Source: an uncultured Thermoleophilaceae bacterium (GTDB lineage Bacteria; Actinomycetota; Thermoleophilia; Solirubrobacterales; Thermoleophilaceae). Taken from it: 64,000 bases of DNA. The position numbers and the translations under genes are program-made. The DNA lies in NCBI GenBank assembly GCA_963820315.1, contig CAWFZK010000046.1, forward strand, positions 6,396 to 70,395, given 5' to 3'. The notes under the pieces were generated by a model. That model was not told the DNA's origin, ran no database searches, and saw nothing but the letters and a program-made list of their open reading frames with translations. Shown in pieces: positions 54,787 to 63,439 of the stretch; position 1 is the stretch's first letter; each line of letters begins with the position of its first letter.

Positions 54787-56165
54787 GCCCGCTCCTCGAG
54801 GAGCGACGTCAGCTCGGCCCCGCAGAAGAAGCCCTGGCAGCGGCCCATGTGCGCGCGGGTGCGCCGGCGCAGGCCGTCGAGATCAACGGGCGGGATCGGC
54901 GAGGCGAAGGCGTCGCGGATCTCACCGCGCGTCACGCGCTCGCAGAAGCAGACGATGCGCCCGTAGTCCGGGTCGGCGGCGATCCGCTCGTCGTCGGCGT
55001 ACGGCCGCGTGAAGGCCTCGCCGATGTTCGGCATCGTGAGCTCGACCGGGGCGCCACGCCGCGGCGACAGCGCGAGGCCCGCGTCCTCGAGGAGCCCGCG
55101 CACGTGCTCGGCGATCGCCATCGAGCCAGACAGGCCGGTCGAGCGGATGCCGCCGACGCAGGCGTAGCCCTCGTCCGCGTGGATCGACACCTGGTAGTCC
55201 GTGTGCTCGGTGGCCGCGCGCAGCCCGACGTAGACGGCGGTCACCTCGTGCTCGAGCAGGGCCGGCATGATCCGCCGGCCCTCGGAGCCCAGGTAGTCGA
55301 GGCCGGCGGCCGTCGAGCTGGTGTCGTCCTTGCGCTCGACGTCCTCGGCGGTCGGGCCGAGCATCACGTTGCCGAAGACGGTCGGGGCGATCAGCACCCC
55401 CTTCGTGATCTTCGTCGGCACCGCCAGCACGATGTGCGAGACGAGCGGGCGCGAGAGCTTGTCGAAGACGATCAGCTCGCCGCGCCGAGGCGTGACCGTG
55501 AAGCCGTCGTGCCCGAGCATGCGGTCGAGCTCGTCCGAGCGCAGCCCCGCGGCGTTCACGAGGTAGCGCGTGCGCCACTCGCGCGCGCCGGCGCGCACGA
55601 GCACGCCGCCGCCCTCGAGCCGCTCGAGTCCCGTGACCGCGACGCCGCGCTGCAGCTCGCAGCCCGCCAGCACGGCCTCGGTGGCGAACGCGAGCGGTGT
55701 CGTGAACGGGCAGATGATCCCCTCGTCGGGCACCTCGAGCGCGCCGAGCGCGCCCGCGCCCAGGTGCGGCTCGCGCCGGTAGAGCTCCTCCGCCGAGAGC
55801 TCGCGGATCGGCTCGTAGCCGTTCGCGTGCGACTGCTCGACGATGCTCGGCAGCGAGCCGAGCTGCTCCTCGCTCCAGGCCACGAGCAGCGCCCCGGTCC
55901 GCTCGACGGGGATGCCGACCCGCTCCGCGTAGCGGCCGAGCTGCTCGTAGCCGCGCACGACGAGCTCGGATTCGAGCGTCCCCGGCTTCGCGTCGAAGCC
56001 CGTGTGCAGCAGAGCGGTGTTCGCCTTGCTCGTGCCGGCGCCGACGTCGGGGCCCGCCTCGAGCAGCGTGACGCGCAGGTCGAAGAGCGTCAGCTCGCGG
56101 GCGATCGCGCAGCCGACAACGCCGCCGCCGGCTATCAGGACGTCGCAGTCGAACCCGCGCTCCAC
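54783..56165 (-). CDS. FAD-dependent oxidoreductase (glycerol-3-phosphate/2-hydroxyglutarate dehydrogenase-like) with C-terminal BFD-like [2Fe-2S] domain
   Basis: 460 aa. DVLIAGGGVVGCAIAREL. C-terminal Cys pattern CFCERVTRGEI...GRCQGFFC, typical of BFD-like domains. Confidence 0.85.
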   Translation of the reverse strand: MERGFDCDVLIAGGGVVGCAIARELTLFDLRVTLLEAGPDVGAGTSKANTALLHTGFDAKPGTLESELVVRGYEQLGRYAERVGIPVERTGALLVAWSEEQLGSLPSIVEQSHANGYEPIRELSAEELYRREPHLGAGALGALEVPDEGIICPFTTPLAFATEAVLAGCELQRGVAVTGLERLEGGGVLVRAGAREWRTRYLVNAAGLRSDELDRMLGHDGFTVTPRRGELIVFDKLSRPLVSHIVLAVPTKITKGVLIAPTVFGNVMLGPTAEDVERKDDTSSTAAGLDYLGSEGRRIMPALLEHEVTAVYVGLRAATEHTDYQVSIHADEGYACVGGIRSTGLSGSMAIAEHVRGLLEDAGLALSPRRGAPVELTMPNIGEAFTRPYADDERIAADPDYGRIVCFCERVTRGEIRDAFASPIPPVDLDGLRRRTRAHMGRCQGFFCGAELTSLLEERA

Positions 56166-56181
56166 GCGCGGGAGTATCCCG

Positions 56182-57081
56182 TCAGGCCGTGGCCGCGCCC
56201 ACCCGCGCGCGCATCTCGTCGATCGAGTCGTCGGTGCAGGTGGCGAAGAAGCCTCCGACCACCTCGCGGACCTCGTCGAGCGACTCGGCCCGGTAGAGCA
56301 CCGGCTGGTACTGCGTGATGTCGTAGTCGGCGGTGCCCATCTCGATCAGGTCGATGGGGCGGTGCTCCATCGTGCGGAACTCGTCGATCTCTCCGTACGA
56401 GGAGAGGATGCCGGCGCCATAGGCCCGCAGCTCGCCGTCCTCGACGACCACGCCGAACTCGACGCTGAACCAGAAGACGCGCGACAGGAAGCGCAGGTTC
56501 TCCTCGTCGCGGAGGCGATGGGTCGCCTCGCCGGTCAGGCGGTGGAGCTCCGAGAAGGTGGGCGTGGCGAGCAGGTGCCCGTGGCCGATCACCTCGTGGA
56601 TGATGTCCGGCTCGGGCGTGTAGAGCGGCTCGGCCGGATGGCGCACGTACTGGGTCGAGTGGAAGGTGAGCTCGGAGAGCGAGCCGTAGAAGTCGCGCAG
56701 CGGAACGAGCCCCGCCGCCGGCACGTAGTGGAAGCCGGTGATCGGGCGCAGGTGCTCGCTCACGAGGTCGAGGCTGGGCACGCCGTCCGTCGGCAGGGCG
56801 AGCGCCTCCTTCGCCTCGAGGAACTCGCGGATCGCGAGCCGGTCGTGCTTGGGCGCGAGCTCGCGGCAGACCGTGCGCCACACCTCCTGCTCCTCGTCGC
56901 TGTACTCGACGGGCGGTGCGGGCTCACCGGGCTTCCAGGCGAGCGCCAGGGCGGCGATGTCGTTGCGCCGCTCGCGGTAGACCGGGTCGTTCGCCCCCGG
57001 ATGGTCGTGCGCGAGGTGAACCTCCACCTCGCCGTGCTCGCTCTGCGTGACCGGTGAGTAGAGCTGCCCTTCCTCGAACAT
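56182..57081 (-). CDS. phhA: phenylalanine 4-hydroxylase (aromatic amino acid hydroxylase)
   Basis: ATG at 57081, in frame in ORF 56182-57579. Iron ligand region PDIIHEVIGHGHLL and FWFSVEFG, GAGILSSYGE. Confidence 0.9.
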   Translation of the reverse strand: MFEEGQLYSPVTQSEHGEVEVHLAHDHPGANDPVYRERRNDIAALALAWKPGEPAPPVEYSDEEQEVWRTVCRELAPKHDRLAIREFLEAKEALALPTDGVPSLDLVSEHLRPITGFHYVPAAGLVPLRDFYGSLSELTFHSTQYVRHPAEPLYTPEPDIIHEVIGHGHLLATPTFSELHRLTGEATHRLRDEENLRFLSRVFWFSVEFGVVVEDGELRAYGAGILSSYGEIDEFRTMEHRPIDLIEMGTADYDITQYQPVLYRAESLDEVREVVGGFFATCTDDSIDEMRARVGAATA

Positions 57082-57183
57082 GTCGCCGAGTGCACCACTT
57101 CCGGAACCGGCTTTCAAGTCTGCACAGTGGAACTGGTCAATCTGCCCATTTCCGTATGTGCGCCGCGCTACTATCTGTGCACT

Positions 57184-57666
57184 TTGACCAGTCCGATCGA
57201 TGAGCTCGACGCCCGCCTGATAGCCGAGCTGCGCGAGAACCCGCGCCTGGGGCTGCTCGAGATAAGCCGCCGGCTGGGCGTCGCGCGCGGCACCGTGCAG
57301 GCCCGGCTCTCCAAGCTCGAGGCGCGTGGCGTGATCACCGGCTTCGGCCCCGAGATCGACCCGCACGAGCTCGGCCACCGGCTCGAGGCGTTCGTGCTGC
57401 TCGAGCTGACCCAGGGCCGGCTCGCCGAGGCGGTCGCGGCGCTCGAGGCGGTGCCGGAGGTGCTCGAGACCGATGCGGTGAGCGGGCCCCAGGACCTGAT
57501 CTGCCGCGTCGCGGCCCGCGACACCGAGCACCTCCAGGAGATCGTCAACCGCCTGCTCGCCACGGACGCAATTCGCCACACCACGAGCTACGTCGTGCTC
57601 AGCCGGCCAATCCGCCCGCGCGTGCAGCCGCTCGTCGACGCCGTCGGCTCAGGCGTGCAGGTGTAG
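57184..57666 (+). CDS. Lrp/AsnC family transcriptional regulator
   Basis: TTG at 57184, in frame in ORF 57127-57666. IDELDARLIAELRENPRLGLLEISRRLGVARGTVQARLSKLE HTH plus an AsnC-type ligand domain. Divergent from phhA. Confidence 0.85.
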   Translation: MTSPIDELDARLIAELRENPRLGLLEISRRLGVARGTVQARLSKLEARGVITGFGPEIDPHELGHRLEAFVLLELTQGRLAEAVAALEAVPEVLETDAVSGPQDLICRVAARDTEHLQEIVNRLLATDAIRHTTSYVVLSRPIRPRVQPLVDAVGSGVQV

Positions 57667-58215
57667 CCGCTCGCCCTGCGGCCCGACGATCATGATCAGC
57701 TCCACCGGTCCGTCGGCGGCGCCGAACCAGTGCGGTGTCCAGGTGCTGAATTCGACGGCGTCGCCCGGCTCGATCGTGAGGTCCTGCTCACCGAGCAGCA
57801 GCCGCAGCCGGCCGCTCAGCACGTAGAGCCAGTCGCTCCCCTCGTGCACCGGCAGCTGCCGCGGCGGTTTCCGGCGGCGCTCCGAGATGTGGATCTTGTA
57901 GGCGCGCAGCCCGCCGGCCCCGCTGCGCGTGAGCGGCCACATCGTCAGGCCGTTGTGGGTCCGCGGGCGACTGCGGATGCGCGGGTCCTCCGGAGGCCGG
58001 GTGCCGAGCAGCTCGTCGGTGCTCGCGCCGAGCGCCGCCGCAAGCGCGGGGATGTGGTCGAGCGCAAGCCGGCGCTTGCCCGACTCGAGCCGGCTGAGCG
58101 TGGAGACGTCGATGCTCGCGGCCTCGGCCACCTGCTGCAGGGTCAGGCCGCGCTGGGCGCGCAGCTCGCGCAGCCGCTGACGGACGCGAGTGTCGAATGA
58201 CTCGTTTGCCTGCAT
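57649..58215 (-). CDS. XRE-family HTH regulator with C-terminal cupin domain
   Basis: ATG at 58215 in ORF 57649-58233. LRELRAQRGLTLQQVAEAASIDVSTLSRLESGKRR HTH. Cupin-like HEGSDWLYVLSG...GDAVEF. Confidence 0.85.
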   Translation of the reverse strand: MQANESFDTRVRQRLRELRAQRGLTLQQVAEAASIDVSTLSRLESGKRRLALDHIPALAAALGASTDELLGTRPPEDPRIRSRPRTHNGLTMWPLTRSGAGGLRAYKIHISERRRKPPRQLPVHEGSDWLYVLSGRLRLLLGEQDLTIEPGDAVEFSTWTPHWFGAADGPVELIMIVGPQGERLHLHA

Positions 58216-58262
58216 GGCAACAAAGCTTGGCAAACCAGCCCTGGCTGCGCCACCCTCCGGTC

Positions 58263-59231
58263 ATGAACACGAATTGGGAGTGCATCGTTGTCGGAGCCGG
58301 TGCGGCGGGCCTGAGCGCCGCCCTGGTGTTGGGCCGCGCCCGCCGGCGGACGCTCGTCATCGACGCCGGCGAGCAGAGCAACCGCGCCGCTCACGGGATC
58401 GGCGGCCTGCTGGGCCAGGACGGCCGGCCGCCGGATGCGTTCTATGCCGCGGGGCGCGAGGAGCTCGCCGCCTATCCCGCGGTCGAGCTGCGCTCCGGTG
58501 AGGTGGTCGGCGCCGAGCGCAACGGCGAGGGCATCGTGCTCGAGCTCGCGAGCGGGGAGCGCGAGACGGCGCAGCGGGTGCTGCTCGCGACCGGCATGGA
58601 CTATCGGCGCCCCCAGCTCGCGGGCGTCGAGGAGCGCTGGGGCGGCTCCGTGTTCCACTGCCCCTTCTGCCATGGCTGGGAGGTCCGCGAGCGCGCGCTG
58701 GGAGTGCTCGACCGGGGCGCCGACGGCGTGCGGCGGGTGCTGCTGCTGCGAGCGTGGAGCGACGACGTGACGCTGTACAGCAACGGTCCGGCCGAGCTCG
58801 ATGCGGACGAGGCGGCCCTGCTGAGCGCAGTGGGAGTCGAGGTCGACGAGCGCCCGGTGGCCGAGCTACGCGGCCCTGGCGACGAGCTGAGCGCTGTGGT
58901 CTTCACGGACGGCAGCGAGCGCAGCTGCGGCGGGCTGCTCGTGCCGATCACCCTCCATCAGCGCACGCCGCTCGCCGAGCAGCTCGGCGCGGAGCTCGTG
59001 AGCAAGGCCCCCTTGGTGGCCGACGCCGTCCAGGTGGACGAGCGCTTTCACTCGAGCGTCGCGGGCGTCTCCGCCGCGGGCGATGCGAGCGGGCAGATGC
59101 AGTCCGTGGCGAACGCCATCGCCGCCGGTTCGACCGCGGCGGCGATGATCGTCCACGGCTTGATGGACGGCTACGCGGAGAGCGCCGCCCGAGCAGCGCC
59201 GCGCCCCGTGCGCACGGCGCCCTCCATGTAG
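58263..59231 (+). CDS. thioredoxin-reductase-like NAD(P)/FAD-dependent oxidoreductase
   Basis: ATG at 58263 in ORF 58197-59231. IVVGAGAAGLSAAL and the redox CxxC in FHCPFCHGWE. The 3' end overlaps the convergent amine oxidase gene by 61 nt. Confidence 0.8.
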   Translation: MNTNWECIVVGAGAAGLSAALVLGRARRRTLVIDAGEQSNRAAHGIGGLLGQDGRPPDAFYAAGREELAAYPAVELRSGEVVGAERNGEGIVLELASGERETAQRVLLATGMDYRRPQLAGVEERWGGSVFHCPFCHGWEVRERALGVLDRGADGVRRVLLLRAWSDDVTLYSNGPAELDADEAALLSAVGVEVDERPVAELRGPGDELSAVVFTDGSERSCGGLLVPITLHQRTPLAEQLGAELVSKAPLVADAVQVDERFHSSVAGVSAAGDASGQMQSVANAIAAGSTAAAMIVHGLMDGYAESAARAAPRPVRTAPSM

Positions 59232-60475
59232 CCGCAGACCCACTGGTCCGAGCCGCACACGTAGAAGGGCGGCTCGTGCTTGCCGTGCAACGGCCCGACG
59301 GCCATCACGTCGCCCGGGCGCCAGGAGGTGATGTAGCCCTCGGTCCAGGGGTCGACGCCCCAGCGCCGGAACCAGATGCCGAGCAGGTCGCGTGAGCGCT
59401 CCCCGAACGCCTGCACCATCTCCTCGACCATCTCGCCCTCGATCTGGGCGGGCGAGGTGGCGAGGAAGGCAGCCAGCCGCTCGGGCGGCACGAGCGCGGA
59501 CATGATCCCCTCGCGCTGCACCCAGGTGCCGCCGAGCACGCCGGTCTCCCAGTAGGCGTCGCCGTTCTGCCCCTGCTCCTCCCAGAACGACGTCTCGTAT
59601 GCGAACACGACCTTGGCGGCCAGGGCGTGGCGCTGGCGGTCGAGCGAGGCGCGGCGCTCGTCCGACACCCCTTCGATCGCGACGCGGCGGAGCGGCCCGA
59701 CCGGGATCGCGCTCACCACCGCCTCGGACTCGAAGTGCTCGCCGGTCCAGGTGCTGACCGCGCAGCCCGAGCGAGCGACCTTCACGTGCGTGACCGGCGT
59801 GGCGTAGCGGACGCGGTGCCCGAGCTCCTCGGCCATGCGCAGCGCCACCGTCGCCGAGCCCTCGGCCACGCGCTCGCACTCCCAGACGTCGTACGAGTAG
59901 AAGCCGGGCGCGCCGGCCGCAGCCTCCTTGCGCAGGTCGGACAGAAGCGAGGTGCGCTCGACCGACTCGGCCGACAGGGCAAGCATGGAGAGGTCGCGGG
60001 AGCGCACCACGTTCGGCGGCGCGCCGCGCTCACGCAGCCAGTCGCCGACCGACAGCCGGTCGAGCCGCGCGGCCTCGGGGTGCGACCAGGGGTCGTCGGG
60101 ATCGACGCTCGCGGCGAGCTCCCCGAACTCACGGTCGAGGCGCGCGTACTCCTCACGCTCGGCGTCGCTCATCCATGGGCCCACCGAGATCCGGTCGGCC
60201 AGGACCCACGTCTCCTCCCCCGGCAGGTCCGGGAAGGCCGGGACGAGCGTGAGGCCGAGCTCCTCGACGAGGCCGTAGTAGGCGGTCTGGTGCGGGCCGA
60301 CCACCTCGCCGCCGAGCTGGACGAGCCGGCCGTCCGCGAGCGAGGTCTGCTCGACGCGCCCGCCCGGGCGGTTGCGCGCCTCGAGCACCACCACGTCGGC
60401 GCCGCCCGCTGCGAGATCGCGCGCCGCGCTCAGACCCGCGAGCCCGGCGCCGAGGACGACGACGTCGTATCGCAT
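59171..60475 (-). CDS. flavin-containing amine oxidase family protein
   Basis: 434 aa. VVVLGAGLAGLSAARDL, VLEARNRPGGRV, and a C-terminal YVCGSD...GYMEGAVRTG typical of monoamine/polyamine oxidases. Confidence 0.85.
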   Translation of the reverse strand: MRYDVVVLGAGLAGLSAARDLAAGGADVVVLEARNRPGGRVEQTSLADGRLVQLGGEVVGPHQTAYYGLVEELGLTLVPAFPDLPGEETWVLADRISVGPWMSDAEREEYARLDREFGELAASVDPDDPWSHPEAARLDRLSVGDWLRERGAPPNVVRSRDLSMLALSAESVERTSLLSDLRKEAAAGAPGFYSYDVWECERVAEGSATVALRMAEELGHRVRYATPVTHVKVARSGCAVSTWTGEHFESEAVVSAIPVGPLRRVAIEGVSDERRASLDRQRHALAAKVVFAYETSFWEEQGQNGDAYWETGVLGGTWVQREGIMSALVPPERLAAFLATSPAQIEGEMVEEMVQAFGERSRDLLGIWFRRWGVDPWTEGYITSWRPGDVMAVGPLHGKHEPPFYVCGSDQWVCGYMEGAVRTGRGAARAALSA

Positions 60476-60484
60476 CGGCGCAGC

Positions 60485-61531
60485 CTAACCGTGGAACTCG
60501 GCGAGCCGCTCGGCCTCGGCGGCGAGCTCGCGGCGCCTGGCGGCGTCGAGCTTCGCGAACGGATCCGTCCTGACGCGATCGCCGTCGAGCTTCCACGTGC
60601 CGGCGACCTCGCCGTCCACGAGGAAGGTGCCGATCGACTGCGGCATCTTCGTGTTGAAGATCCGCGGCCGGTGCTCCTCGGGCAGGATCCCGCTGCGGCG
60701 CGCGTGGACGAGCAGGGATGCGTCCCAGGTCGGCAGGAAACGGACCGGGGCGGGCGTCTCCGGATCCGGGAGCGGCGCCCGCGGCAGGTCGACGAGCTGC
60801 GCGCCGTCCTCGCTCCTGAACCGTCGTGTTGCGACCCGCTCCAGATGCGGCTCGACGAGCGCGACCGGCAGCCCGGCCCAGTCGGCGACCTCGTTGCGGG
60901 TCGCCGGCCCGAACCCGCCCAGTCGCCGGCGCACCAGCAGCTCGATGCCCTGCTCCTCCGTGAGCCCCGGGGGCGGCGGGCCGACCCAGTCCTCGGCCGC
61001 CGCGTAGAGGTCGGCGCGGCGGCGCTCCCAGGTGCCCGCCGGCGGCACTCGCACGAGATCGAGCTCCATCCCGACGGCGCGCGCGCCGTCCTTGCCGAGC
61101 AGCTGCTCGATCTCCTTGCGCTGAAGCGAGCCGCCGTCGAACGCGCGTCGCAGCTTGCGCGCAGCGGCCGCGAGCTGCCGCCGCGGCATCCGGTAGGTCG
61201 CGACGCGCATGGTCCATTCGGCCCGCGAGCGCTTGACGCCGAGCTCGAGCGGCCAGTAGTCGGCGCGCGAGACGAGGTGGATCGTGGCGCGCATCAGCGT
61301 CGCCTGCACGACGCTGCGCCGCTCGAGCGCCCGCGTGAGGCTGTCGCGCTCGAACGTGTCGAGGCGCGACCACAGCCCGACGTACATGGACGGCGCGTAC
61401 TGCGCCTGCAGCCCGCCCATGCGCTCGAGCGCCCGCGGCAGTGGCGTGCGCGCGCGCTCGAGCAGGAGCTGCCTGGCGAGCAGTGCCCGGTTCAGCTCAC
61501 GGGCTGTGAGGACGCGCTCGGCGGCGGGCAC
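60485..61531 (-). CDS. winged-helix DNA glycosylase family protein (YcaQ/AlkZ, DUF1006)
   Basis: 348 aa. ARQLLLER...MGGLQAQYAPSMYVGLWSR, with a Q-A-Q triad at the position of the YcaQ-type catalytic Q-phi-Q motif. Wing region VQATLMRATIHLV. Confidence 0.85.
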   Translation of the reverse strand: MPAAERVLTARELNRALLARQLLLERARTPLPRALERMGGLQAQYAPSMYVGLWSRLDTFERDSLTRALERRSVVQATLMRATIHLVSRADYWPLELGVKRSRAEWTMRVATYRMPRRQLAAAARKLRRAFDGGSLQRKEIEQLLGKDGARAVGMELDLVRVPPAGTWERRRADLYAAAEDWVGPPPPGLTEEQGIELLVRRRLGGFGPATRNEVADWAGLPVALVEPHLERVATRRFRSEDGAQLVDLPRAPLPDPETPAPVRFLPTWDASLLVHARRSGILPEEHRPRIFNTKMPQSIGTFLVDGEVAGTWKLDGDRVRTDPFAKLDAARRRELAAEAERLAEFHG

Positions 61532-61540
61532 GCCGCCAAG

Positions 61541-62257
61541 CTACACAGCGAGCAGCGCGCCCTCCAGGACGAGCAGCTCGCGCTTGCGCTCGAGCCCGCC
61601 GCCGTAGCCGGTGAGCTTTCCGCCGGCTCCGATCACGCGGTGGCAGGGCACCACGATCGCGATCGGGTTGCGCCCGTTCGCGGCGCCGACCGCCCGCGCG
61701 CGGCCCGGCTTGCCGATCCGGTCGGCGATCTCGCCGTAGGTCGTGGTCGTCCCGTACGGGATGCCCTCGAGCTCCCGCCAGACGAGCCGGTCGAACTGGG
61801 CGCCCTCGAGCCGCATCGGGAAGTCGAAGCTCTCGCGCTCGCCCGCGAAGTACTCGTCGAGCTGAGTCCGCTCGCGCGTGAAGCGTTCGTCGTCGCGCAT
61901 CCACTCGGCCGGCACGCGGCCGCGCTTGAAGCCGAGCCCGGTGAGCGCGTCCGCGTCACCGCTGAGGAGCAGCGGTCCGACCGGCGAGTCGTACTCGCTG
62001 AACAGCGTCGCCTGCTGCTTCCAGCGCGCGTAGGACGCGGGCATGCAGTTCGCGCAGGGCCGGTAGCCGGCGGCGATGGCGGTCTCCTCATCGGCGAAGA
62101 ACACACGCTGGGACACGTAGTGCCCCTTCGCGATCCAGCGCTGGGCGCCCTCGCAGTCGAGCGTGCCGTAGACGCGGTTGCCGCGGTGGCCGCCGAGCGT
62201 GCCGGGCGTCTTGCTCTCGTAGGTCTGGCCCTCGGAGTCGATGAGCTTGTAGGTCAT
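61541..62257 (-). CDS. ogt: Ada-metal-binding-like N-domain fused to methylated-DNA-protein-cysteine methyltransferase
   Basis: 238 aa. N-terminal RVFFADEETAIAAGYRPCANCMP (Ada Zn-domain-like). C-terminal IPYGTTTTYGEIA...NPIAIVVPCHRVI active-site PCHR. Confidence 0.9.
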   Translation of the reverse strand: MTYKLIDSEGQTYESKTPGTLGGHRGNRVYGTLDCEGAQRWIAKGHYVSQRVFFADEETAIAAGYRPCANCMPASYARWKQQATLFSEYDSPVGPLLLSGDADALTGLGFKRGRVPAEWMRDDERFTRERTQLDEYFAGERESFDFPMRLEGAQFDRLVWRELEGIPYGTTTTYGEIADRIGKPGRARAVGAANGRNPIAIVVPCHRVIGAGGKLTGYGGGLERKRELLVLEGALLAV

Positions 62258-62694
62258 GCCTGGGAAACGCCGCGCTCGCCCTGGCTGTGAGATGGAGAGC
62301 TGACGACGAGCGTCTGGAACAGGTGCTCGAGCGTCGCGGGCGGGTCGGACGTCAGGCCGGTGTGCACCGTCGAGGGCTGGATCATGGTCGAGGACGGCGC
62401 GACGATCCAGCCGAAGCGCTCCGAGGGCTCGAGCGCCGCGAGCGCGCCGGCGTCCTGGTCTCCCGCCGCCACCCGGGCGAGCGCCTCCAGGTGCGCGCGC
62501 AGCGGGGCCGGGTCGATCCCGGGCGCGAGCGCGTGAAGACGTGCCTCGTCGAGCTCGGTGCGCACGGCCAGGTAGCCGTACTCGCGACAGAAGAGGACGA
62601 CTCCGGCGTTCAGGCGCTCGCCGCGCTCTACGTGCGGGACGACCCGCAGCAGCGCGTACGAGAACGGGCGCTGGCCGATGTCAGCGGCGGGCAC
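62254..62694 (-). CDS. DUF3037 domain protein
   Basis: GTG at 62694 preceded by GGAGGAGG, in frame in ORF 62254-62973. RPFSYALLRVVPHVERGERLNAGVVLFC is typical of DUF3037. 14-nt overlap with the kinase gene and an ATGA overlap with ogt. Confidence 0.8.
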   Translation of the reverse strand: MPAADIGQRPFSYALLRVVPHVERGERLNAGVVLFCREYGYLAVRTELDEARLHALAPGIDPAPLRAHLEALARVAAGDQDAGALAALEPSERFGWIVAPSSTMIQPSTVHTGLTSDPPATLEHLFQTLVVSSPSHSQGERGVSQA

Positions 62695-63439
62695 GCTCCG
62701 CCTCCTCCACGAAGCTGCGCGGGGCAGCGAGCCGCCGCTCCAGGAACGTGCCCAGCCCGGCGCGCGCCGCGTCCGGATCCGAGCCGAGCCAGTCGTCGGG
62801 AACGAGCGCAGCAGAGCCCTCGACCGCCGCCAGTGCGCGCTCGGCGAGCCGCTCGTCCGCCTCACCAAGCGGGCCCGCGACCGGCAGCAGCACGTGGTCA
62901 GCCAGCATCGGCACCGGCTCGGCGGCGGTCTCGGCGAGCGGCCGGTCGCCGTGCTGGCGGAAGAAGGCGGCACCGTGATCGATCAGCCAGGTGCGCCCGT
63001 GCCATACGAGCAGGTTCGGGTTGCGATACGTGCGGTCGATGTTCGTCACGAGCGCGTCGAACCACACCACATCGGCGCCGAAGGCGGGATCGAGGGACGG
63101 CTCGGCCGGCAGCGCGAACGTCAGCGCGCCGGGCAGGAAGTCCATGCCGAGGTTCGCGCCCGGGCTCGCCTCGAGCAGCTCCTGGATCTCCGGGTCCGGC
63201 TCCGCGTGGCCGACCTCCGGCGCGACGTCCACGACCACGAGCTCGGGAACCGGCAGGCCGAGCGCCCGGGCGAGCTCGCCGGCCAGCACCTCGGCGACGA
63301 GCGCGGCCTCGCCCTGGCCCGCGCCCCGGAACTTCGTCACGTAGAGGCCGTCGTCGTCGGCCTCCATCAGGCCCGGCAGCGAGCCTCCCTCGCGCAGCGC
63401 CTCGACGTAGCGCGTGGCGACCACGCGGCGCAGCGCCAC
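62681..63439 (-). CDS. HipA-like (HipA_C-type) small kinase
   Basis: GTG at 63439 (TAGTG overlap with the upstream stop), in frame in ORF 62681-63712. YVTKFRGAGQG, catalytic-loop-like VTNIDRTYRNPNLL, and LIDHGAAF. Confidence 0.75.
   Translation of the reverse strand: MALRRVVATRYVEALREGGSLPGLMEADDDGLYVTKFRGAGQGEAALVAEVLAGELARALGLPVPELVVVDVAPEVGHAEPDPEIQELLEASPGANLGMDFLPGALTFALPAEPSLDPAFGADVVWFDALVTNIDRTYRNPNLLVWHGRTWLIDHGAAFFRQHGDRPLAETAAEPVPMLADHVLLPVAGPLGEADERLAERALAAVEGSAALVPDDWLGSDPDAARAGLGTFLERRLAAPRSFVEEAERARR

Noticed and set aside
59627-62290. 887-aa plus-strand ORF
   Set aside because: It is antisense to four well-supported minus-strand genes (amine oxidase, YcaQ-like, ogt, DUF3037) and has shadow-frame composition.
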